A stretch of DNA of 64,000 nt from assembly GCA_050010755.1 (NCBI GenBank), contig JBEKKK010000001.1:384001-448000 (forward strand). Direction: 5' to 3'. The position numbers were made by a program, and so were the translations under genes. Numbering within the stretch: the stretch's first letter is position 1; each line of letters starts with the position of its first letter. This DNA is from Candidatus Bathyarchaeia archaeon. Its GTDB lineage: Archaea; Thermoproteota; Bathyarchaeia; Bathyarchaeales; Bathycorpusculaceae. Below are positions 57,816-64,000 of this stretch, piece by piece. A model generated the notes under the pieces. It had not been told where the DNA came from. It saw only the letters and a program-made list of their open reading frames with translations, and did not search any database.

Positions 57816-59423
57816 TCAGTTTTGACTCTTCAGTGCCCTTTCTAATGCGTCTGTGACGTTCTGTTTTCCCATAGCGAGAATGTAGGGTCCCAGCCTCGGG
57901 CCCTGTGGAACGCCGAGCAGTATCCGGTATATCGTCTTGAAGAATTGTGCTGGTTGAAGGCCGCGGTTTTTGGCTGTGTTGAACACCGCGTTTTGGATTT
58001 TTTCCGCGTCGTCTTCGACTTTCAGCACTTCAACCAGTTCTTCCAAAGCATTTCTTTCTTCGGGTTCCAGTTTGACTGAGGCTTCCTTTATCTGCCGGAA
58101 ATCTGCGGCCCAGTTGGATGCGTATTCGATGCGTTTTCTGGCGTTGCCGTCGAGTTTCTGGTCTCGCTGGAGATAGCCGTAGCTTCGAAGTTTTTCGGTC
58201 AGGTACTGTTCTTCATTGCCCTTGGGGGCAACCTTGGCCAAGTACGTCAGCAGGTTGTATGGCGCGTGAAAGCCCGGTTTCGTTGGACACTTCATGGCGT
58301 AGCAGTACTCGAACAGGCCTCGAAGCTTGGCCAGTTCCTTCTTGTCTTTGACTTCTTTTTTTCCGAAGTAGACGTCTTCCAGCTCGTCCAGTTCGTCCAT
58401 GTAGGTTGGAATGTCAACCACGTCCAGAGCGCGAGCGCCGACGAACCGCTTGAGGAGCAGCAGCATTAACGATTGGGGGGAGCCGTACCTGAACCAGGTT
58501 TGGGGCGTCAGCAGGAGTCCAGCGCTCTTGGAGAGTTTCTCGCCGGATTTGGCGAGGAACAATTCGTATTGTGCGTGAACGGGAGGTTCCCACTGTAGTA
58601 TTTCGCGGCAAATGCGATCGTTAACGCGCACCGAGTCGGCGACGTCCTTTCCGAAGGCTTCGAACCTGATGTCCAGAGCCTTCCAACGTACGGCAAACTC
58701 GCCTTTCCAGCTGAGCTTGCCCAGGCCTTTTCGGTAATCTACTTCGCCCTTGTGTCCGCAGCCTTCAAGCCAACGTCCTTTCACTTCCATTCCTTCGCAG
58801 CTGTAGAGGATCTTGTTCTCTTCCTCGACGAACTCGAATGCTTTTGTTGTGTAGATTCGACCGCAGTTCTCGCACACCGCGAAGTAGGGCAGAGCTTCCA
58901 AGAATTTTTCTTGTCCGAGTTCTTCGTTGACTATTTCGCCGATCTTTTTAGCGTTGACAAGTAGGGTTCTGATTTCTTCGTTGAACAGGCCTGTTCTGTA
59001 GGCTTCTGCTCCTGACATGAACTTGTATTCTATGCCGCACTTGTCCAATGCTTCCATGAGGAGCATGGCCATGTGTTCGCCGTAGCTTCGGTGACACTTG
59101 TAAACGTCTGGAATGTCTGTAACGGGCCGCCCAAGATACTGTTCTAGAGATTCAGGCATGCCGGCGGGAACCTTTCTCAGTCCGTCCTTGTCGTCGGCAA
59201 ATGCAACGAGTTCTGACGGAAAGTCCTGTTCTCTCAGGGCTAGGGTTACGCCGAAGGATCTGGCGGCGTCGCTCAGGTTGCCGATATGTGGAAGGCCTGA
59301 AGCGGCTATGCCCATCTCCGTTCTGATTAAACCCAGGCCTCTGCCGAGCTTCCGTTCCCTGGCAACCACTTTGGCGGCCGTCTTGTCGTACCATGTGCCG
59401 TGACCGATTATTTCCTCGCTCAT
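57816..59423 (-). CDS. lysS: Lysine--tRNA ligase, class I
   Basis: ASGLPHIGN, DGLRKVP, CENCG, GKLSWK, FE.FGKD, KLSKS.G, QGPRLG. Confidence 0.95.
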   Translation of the reverse strand: MSEEIIGHGTWYDKTAAKVVARERKLGRGLGLIRTEMGIAASGLPHIGNLSDAARSFGVTLALREQDFPSELVAFADDKDGLRKVPAGMPESLEQYLGRPVTDIPDVYKCHRSYGEHMAMLLMEALDKCGIEYKFMSGAEAYRTGLFNEEIRTLLVNAKKIGEIVNEELGQEKFLEALPYFAVCENCGRIYTTKAFEFVEEENKILYSCEGMEVKGRWLEGCGHKGEVDYRKGLGKLSWKGEFAVRWKALDIRFEAFGKDVADSVRVNDRICREILQWEPPVHAQYELFLAKSGEKLSKSAGLLLTPQTWFRYGSPQSLMLLLLKRFVGARALDVVDIPTYMDELDELEDVYFGKKEVKDKKELAKLRGLFEYCYAMKCPTKPGFHAPYNLLTYLAKVAPKGNEEQYLTEKLRSYGYLQRDQKLDGNARKRIEYASNWAADFRQIKEASVKLEPEERNALEELVEVLKVEDDAEKIQNAVFNTAKNRGLQPAQFFKTIYRILLGVPQGPRLGPYILAMGKQNVTDALERALKSQN

Positions 59424-59487
59424 ACTAAGCTCAGTCTCTGCATTGAGTGGTGAGACGAAAATAAAAAGGGTTTAGAAAAAGGAGGGT

Positions 59488-59835
59488 TTACTTTCTTCTG
59501 AAAGCTGCAGCTATCGCGAGGCCGCCGATCACGAGCAGAATCAAGGCTAAGGCGTAGATACCGTAGCCGTACCCGTCGAGGAACCATGCACCGCCAACTG
59601 CGATTAGAAGCAGACCCCAACCGAAGTAGCTGAATGCTCCCCGCCCGTACTTTTCAGGGTTTGAGTGCTGCAACTCGGACAGGACCATTAGCCAGATGCC
59701 GAACAGTCCGATGATCGTCGGTAGAATGTAGTATCCGCCGTACAGTTTTGCAGGATAGTAGAGCAAGATAGAGATGACGATGATGACGAATATGGCGCCT
59801 ATTGTCAGCAGGTTCCGGTCTGCCATTCTAGCCAT
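59488..59835 (-). CDS. Small 4-TM membrane protein
   Basis: Four hydrophobic helices, basic C-terminus. Confidence 0.7.
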   Translation of the reverse strand: MARMADRNLLTIGAIFVIIVISILLYYPAKLYGGYYILPTIIGLFGIWLMVLSELQHSNPEKYGRGAFSYFGWGLLLIAVGGAWFLDGYGYGIYALALILLVIGGLAIAAAFRRK

Positions 59836-59856
59836 GCCTTATCCTCCCTTGCAGGG

Positions 59857-60828
59857 CTAGATTTTTGCGCCGCACTCGGGGCAGAACTTCGAGTTGGCGG
59901 GTATAGATTTTCCGCATTTGGGGCAGCTCATCGTCTGGTTTGAAGGTGGAGTTATTGTTGTTCCGCATTCTGGGCAGAACTTGGAGGTTGCCGGGACGTG
60001 GTTGCCGCATTTTGGACATATCACTAGGGCTGCAGCCGGGGCTTGTACTGGGCCTGTGGGCGTCATGATTTGTGGGATGAGCACCATGCCGGTTCCTAAG
60101 CCTGCTCCACCTCCGCCTGATTTTCCGAGGGATTCTGCGGCGCTTCTGACTGTTTCCATTCGCAGTACTTCGCTGGAGCTGGTTCCGCCGGTTCTGAGCC
60201 AGAAGAGTCTTTCACGGTATTCGGGGGTTGTGTCTATTCCTTCGAAACGGAGGTCGGTGAGTTCTAGGCCTACTCGTTTGAAGTAGTCTTGGATGGAGTT
60301 TTTGACGATTATGGCTGTTTCGTCGAGTTTTGTGAAGACTGTGAGTAGGTCGTAGTGTGAGAGTTCGTTGATCATTTTCTCGTTTAGGAACCCTCTTAGG
60401 TAGTTGTTTACGTCTTCTGTAGAGTATGCTTTTTGTCCGCCCACGACTTCGTTTACGAAGAGTTGTGCGTCCTCGAGTTTGAAGAAGAATGTGCCGTGTA
60501 CTTGTAGTGGTGCCAGCTCGGTGGTTTGGGCTTGTGTGCCGTATTTGCCGTTGAACACTCGGGTTGAGATGTAGATTACCATTGCCTTGAACGGTTTGTC
60601 CTTGTAGCCGGCGATGCGGGTTAGCAGTCCTGTCACGAGCGGAATATTCAGGGTTGTCAGGGTGTGTCTTCCTGCCTGGAAGACATCGTATGCTTTGCCG
60701 TCCCTGAAGAACACTGCGACTTCGTATTCATGGACGATGAGTTGGGCGCCCCACGTTATGTCTTCGACAGGATATTTCCACAGGATGTCGTCTGGTCCTG
60801 CGTTTGTCCATTCTATGATTTGCGGCAT
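59857..60828 (-). CDS. SPFH/band-7-like domain plus double zinc ribbon (YdjI-like)
   Basis: I.WKYP..I..GAQLIV.E..VAVFFRDGK..D.F..GRHTL.T.NIP; two CPKCG...KFCPECG units. Confidence 0.85.
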   Translation of the reverse strand: MPQIIEWTNAGPDDILWKYPVEDITWGAQLIVHEYEVAVFFRDGKAYDVFQAGRHTLTTLNIPLVTGLLTRIAGYKDKPFKAMVIYISTRVFNGKYGTQAQTTELAPLQVHGTFFFKLEDAQLFVNEVVGGQKAYSTEDVNNYLRGFLNEKMINELSHYDLLTVFTKLDETAIIVKNSIQDYFKRVGLELTDLRFEGIDTTPEYRERLFWLRTGGTSSSEVLRMETVRSAAESLGKSGGGGAGLGTGMVLIPQIMTPTGPVQAPAAALVICPKCGNHVPATSKFCPECGTTITPPSNQTMSCPKCGKSIPANSKFCPECGAKI

Positions 60829-60829
60829 T

Positions 60830-61372
60830 TTAGCTCACTGCTCCCATCATTACTTCTTCTCTTTTGCTGAGGGTTTCGTCGAATGTTTCCAGCGTGTCGA
60901 TTAGGTTTTGCACGCGGTCTTTGGCGTTGTCGAAGTTCTGTTTGGAAACCTCGGTTTTGAAAACGTCAACTTCGTTTACGATGCTGTTAACCTGGTCGAT
61001 TAGCTGGTTGTCGAAGTTGGTCATCCTGTCAAGGGCCGCTTCTTGAATCTTGACGACGTCGAAAAAGCCAGTGTATCCGTAAGAAGCATGGCTTATTTTT
61101 TCTATCACTCTGTCGAATTTGGCGCTAAGCCTGTCCATGTCTGTGAGAAGGTCCAGCTGGCGATTGTCAGCCATTCTCTGAAAAATTGTTTTGAAGTTGG
61201 TTCTCGCAATTGTTAGCTTCATGGTAAGATGGTTGCGGATAAGTTTGTCTGACTCCCTGCGGATTTCTTTCTGTTTGTAACCGCGAAATCCTGGGATTTC
61301 CGCGAGAAGCCTTTCTGAGAGGCGCATCTGACCCTGTGCCGTTGCAAGAACATCATCATTTTTTTCACTCAA
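60830..61372 (-). CDS. Conserved-looking helical hypothetical protein
   Basis: IPGFRGY..KE.RRESDK..R, A.YGY.GFFD.VKI....LD....FD; all-helical. Confidence 0.7.
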   Translation of the reverse strand: MSEKNDDVLATAQGQMRLSERLLAEIPGFRGYKQKEIRRESDKLIRNHLTMKLTIARTNFKTIFQRMADNRQLDLLTDMDRLSAKFDRVIEKISHASYGYTGFFDVVKIQEAALDRMTNFDNQLIDQVNSIVNEVDVFKTEVSKQNFDNAKDRVQNLIDTLETFDETLSKREEVMMGAVS

Positions 61373-61453
61373 GATTTAATTCCTCACAAATTCGTTTCGT
61401 CTGTATACAGATTTAGGGTCGCTTTTAAAGTTTGTTCGCCATTCTCGCGATTA

Positions 61454-62197
61454 TCAAAATTTGCCCGAGGGTATGTCGCCCCGTATTTCGGTCCCTGTTG
61501 CTCCGTCGATCAGCAGTTGATAGCCCCTACCCTTGTACCCGTACTTGATGAACCACACCGGCGAGTGCAGGTAAACCACTTGGCGCACGTCCATTTCGGT
61601 TTTGATTTCGATGATTTTGTCCACGTCCTGCTGGATGAGGAAGCGGTGGTTCTCTTCAATCTGCTGTTTTGCAAGCATGACCGCGTCGTCCTTGTCGACC
61701 TCGCTGTTCAAGAACTTCGCGAAGGCCTCGATTCTTCTGAAGTCGAACGGAATTTTCCCCGCCAGCGGCACCTCGTAGTCCCTCGTAGGAAAAGCCGTTG
61801 CTTTCCTTGCCAGAAGAAGCCAGTTGTACTCTTTCTCCAGAGTTCCCTCTTTGGTGACGGCAGGCGTGATTCGCTCGAAAATCCCTTTATAGGTGCTCGT
61901 TGCCTTTGCTGAGACCACCCAGAAGGGAAGGTATGTCAGGTTTTTTTCTTCGATTTTCGATTTTTTCGCGAGGTCTTGCGGTTTGAGAAAGCCTTCGCGC
62001 ATCCATTCTTTGATGGGCTCTTCTATTTGTGTTGGATCGTACCTGTTCAGCAGCATCGAGTGTTCGAACGTGAACGCTTGGTTGGTTTCGACCACGACGG
62101 TGTAGCCGCAGTATTTGCATGTTGCTATTATTTCGCCGGGTTGAAACTGTATCGGTGCCCCACAGTGGGTGCATTTGATCTCGCTGACGACGCTCAA
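61454..62197 (-). CDS. Zinc-ribbon protein, YdjG-like
   Basis: CTHCGA...CKYCG, YLPFW, H.PVW...Y.YKG..Y...IDG.TG...G. Confidence 0.75.
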   Translation of the reverse strand: MSVVSEIKCTHCGAPIQFQPGEIIATCKYCGYTVVVETNQAFTFEHSMLLNRYDPTQIEEPIKEWMREGFLKPQDLAKKSKIEEKNLTYLPFWVVSAKATSTYKGIFERITPAVTKEGTLEKEYNWLLLARKATAFPTRDYEVPLAGKIPFDFRRIEAFAKFLNSEVDKDDAVMLAKQQIEENHRFLIQQDVDKIIEIKTEMDVRQVVYLHSPVWFIKYGYKGRGYQLLIDGATGTEIRGDIPSGKF

Positions 62198-62202
62198 GCG
62201 TT

Positions 62203-63585
62203 TCAGGTCTTCTGCTTTTCTCTTTTCAGAATTTCTTTGGACACGATGACGCCTGAGGCTGAGGCCTGGATGAGTCCTCTGGTGACGCCTGCTCCGTCGC
62301 CGATAGTGAACAGGTTGTGTATCTTCGTTTCGAGGCAGTGGCTGAGTTGCAGTCTTGACGAGTAGAACTTGACTTCGACGCCGTAGAGCAGCGTGTCTCT
62401 TGAGTGCAGGCCTGGGACCATTTTGTCCAACGCTTGGAGCATTTCCCGTATGTCCGCCAGGTAGCGGTAGGGCAGGACGAAGCTCAGATCGCCGGGCGTG
62501 GCGTTCTTCAGGCTCGGGGTGACGACGCTTCGGGCCAGACGTTCGGGCGTTGATCTTCTTCCAGACTCCAGGTCTCCTAGACGCTGAACGATGACGCCGC
62601 CGCTGAGGAGGTTTCCGAGCCTCGCAACATATTTTCCGTAGGCTATAGGCTCCTTGAACGGCTCCGTGAACGATGTGCTGACGAGGATGGCGAAGTTCGT
62701 GTTCCTGGTCTTCCGTTCCGCGTAGCTTTGACCGTTAACAGTTAACACTCCTTCGTAGGATTCTGTTATGACCTCGCCGTAGGGGGCGACACAGAAGGTG
62801 CGGACCATATCGTCGAAGGACTTTGAGTAGTAGATGAGTTTGGGTTCGTACAAAACGCTCGTAATCTCTTCCATAACAGAGGCTAAAGTTTCAACTCTGA
62901 TTCCGACGTCGACGGGGTTGTTGAACGTCTTCAGACCCAGCGCTTGGGCTTCCGTTTGAAGCCACTCGGCGCCGATTCTTCCGGGCGCGACGATGACGTA
63001 TTTGCCCAAGAATTTTTGGCCGTCTTCGGTTTCGACTCCTTCTATGGACCCGTTTTTCACTATTAGCCCTTTTACGTCGCTTCTGGGCTTGAACTCGACT
63101 TTACCGTTCAGTTCTTGTCGCATCTTTCGAAGGGTCTCGGCGCATCTTTCGGTACCCATGTGGCGAATCTTCTGGCGAATGAGTTTCAAACCTGCCAAGG
63201 ACGCTTTTCGCTCGAACTCCTCTACCTTTTCGTCCTCTCCTCCGTAGGTGTGTTTAGTTGCTCCGAACTTGAGGTAGACCGAGTCCGCGTAGTTTACTAG
63301 TTCTTGAAGTTCCGTGGGTGATACGTACTGGTTGAGCCAGCCTCCCACTTCGGGGGAAAGCGTCAGCTTCCCATCACTGAATGCTCCTGCTCCTCCCCAG
63401 CCGGATAAGACCGTGCATGGATCGCAGTTCACGCATTCGAATCCGCGGCTCGCCGGGCATTTTCGCTGGTTTATATCCTGTCCTCTGTCCAGCATCAGAA
63501 CGCGCATGCTATTTTTCTCTGCAAGCTCCAGAGCAGAGAATATTCCTGCGGGCCCAGCTCCGACAATTATTACGTCGTATTTCAA
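62203..63585 (-). CDS. FAD-dependent oxidoreductase with Cys cluster (HI0933-like)
   Basis: VGAGPAG, C...C..C.PC, G.GGAGAFSDGKL, RTFCV.P.G.V, GVEVKFYS, GDGAGVTRG. Confidence 0.85.
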   Translation of the reverse strand: MKYDVIIVGAGPAGIFSALELAEKNSMRVLMLDRGQDINQRKCPASRGFECVNCDPCTVLSGWGGAGAFSDGKLTLSPEVGGWLNQYVSPTELQELVNYADSVYLKFGATKHTYGGEDEKVEEFERKASLAGLKLIRQKIRHMGTERCAETLRKMRQELNGKVEFKPRSDVKGLIVKNGSIEGVETEDGQKFLGKYVIVAPGRIGAEWLQTEAQALGLKTFNNPVDVGIRVETLASVMEEITSVLYEPKLIYYSKSFDDMVRTFCVAPYGEVITESYEGVLTVNGQSYAERKTRNTNFAILVSTSFTEPFKEPIAYGKYVARLGNLLSGGVIVQRLGDLESGRRSTPERLARSVVTPSLKNATPGDLSFVLPYRYLADIREMLQALDKMVPGLHSRDTLLYGVEVKFYSSRLQLSHCLETKIHNLFTIGDGAGVTRGLIQASASGVIVSKEILKREKQKT

Positions 63586-63748
63586 CGGGCTTATCCCCTG
63601 AAACCCAGAACTACATGTAGCCACTGGGATATATTTCTAGCGAGCGGGCTACCAAGTCGTTACCGCAAGAAAAGCGTGCGCTGTGAGAAAGTGAGACTGA
63701 GAGAGGCTGATTTGAGTACGCGTCACAGTCTGCGTGTTGGTGACTCTG

Positions 63749-64000
63749 TTAATTTTGCTTTGCTAATGTTCCCATTGGGTCCCAAGGTGATAGGAGGAGG
63801 GGTTTTGTATCCAGAACTTTGAGGATCTTTGGGGGGAGGTACTTTTTTCCAACTGTTATCTCGTACAGGTATTCGTCGAACCATTCATCCATCATGCACA
63901 TGTAGCCTCGGTCGCCGATTTTGGCGCCCCAGCTGTTTTCAGCTCTCCATTTTATCGGCTTGCCATTGTCGTCGAGATCCACGCCGGTCAACACCATTGC
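63749..64000 (-). CDS. pepC: Aminopeptidase C / bleomycin hydrolase (C1B), C-terminal part
   Basis: AMVLTGVD...KWRAENSWG..G.RGY....EWF...WDPMG. Confidence 0.9.
   Translation of the reverse strand, partial: AMVLTGVDLDDNGKPIKWRAENSWGAKIGDRGYMCMMDEWFDEYLYEITVGKKYLPPKILKVLDTKPLLLSPWDPMGTLAKQN

Noticed and set aside
1-64000. Genome-wide TAG-to-pyrrolysine reassignment
   Set aside because: Many well-defined genes end at TAG at the expected family length (dppA, both DHS genes, HDAC, GDPD); no pyl genes in the window.

Overview
Archaeal chromosomal segment, most consistent with Bathyarchaeia. This rests on class I LysRS, two deoxyhypusine-synthase homologues, PEF-CTERM-like sorting tails, a D-loop intron in a tRNA, frequent GTG/TTG starts and oligo-T terminators; the taxonomy is inferred and no search was run. 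The window holds about 65 CDS, mostly peptide/amino-acid catabolism, redox proteins, ABC exporters, argS, lysS, pyk and tldD/E, plus one intron-containing tRNA-Arg(GCG). I saw no rRNA, CRISPR array or intact mobile element. Leads most worth following: (1) a PLP-enzyme / YgeW-like transcarbamylase / DUF1611 / cyclic amidohydrolase cluster at 1-5.7 kb, whose amidohydrolase lacks the usual carbamylated Lys; (2) alternating (CG)n tracts strongly concentrated in intergenic DNA just after stop codons; (3) two tail-to-tail DHS paralogues sharing a CTAG stop; (4) a YdjG/YdjI-like Zn-ribbon/SPFH membrane operon with an uncharacterised helical partner and no PspA; (5) membrane-anchored wHTH regulators with visible palindromic operators; (6) an ArgRS with TIGT in place of HIGH; (7) a tRNA overlapped by a possible antisense integrase remnant, next to an amber-interrupted VOC gene. 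All calls come from motif recognition by eye.
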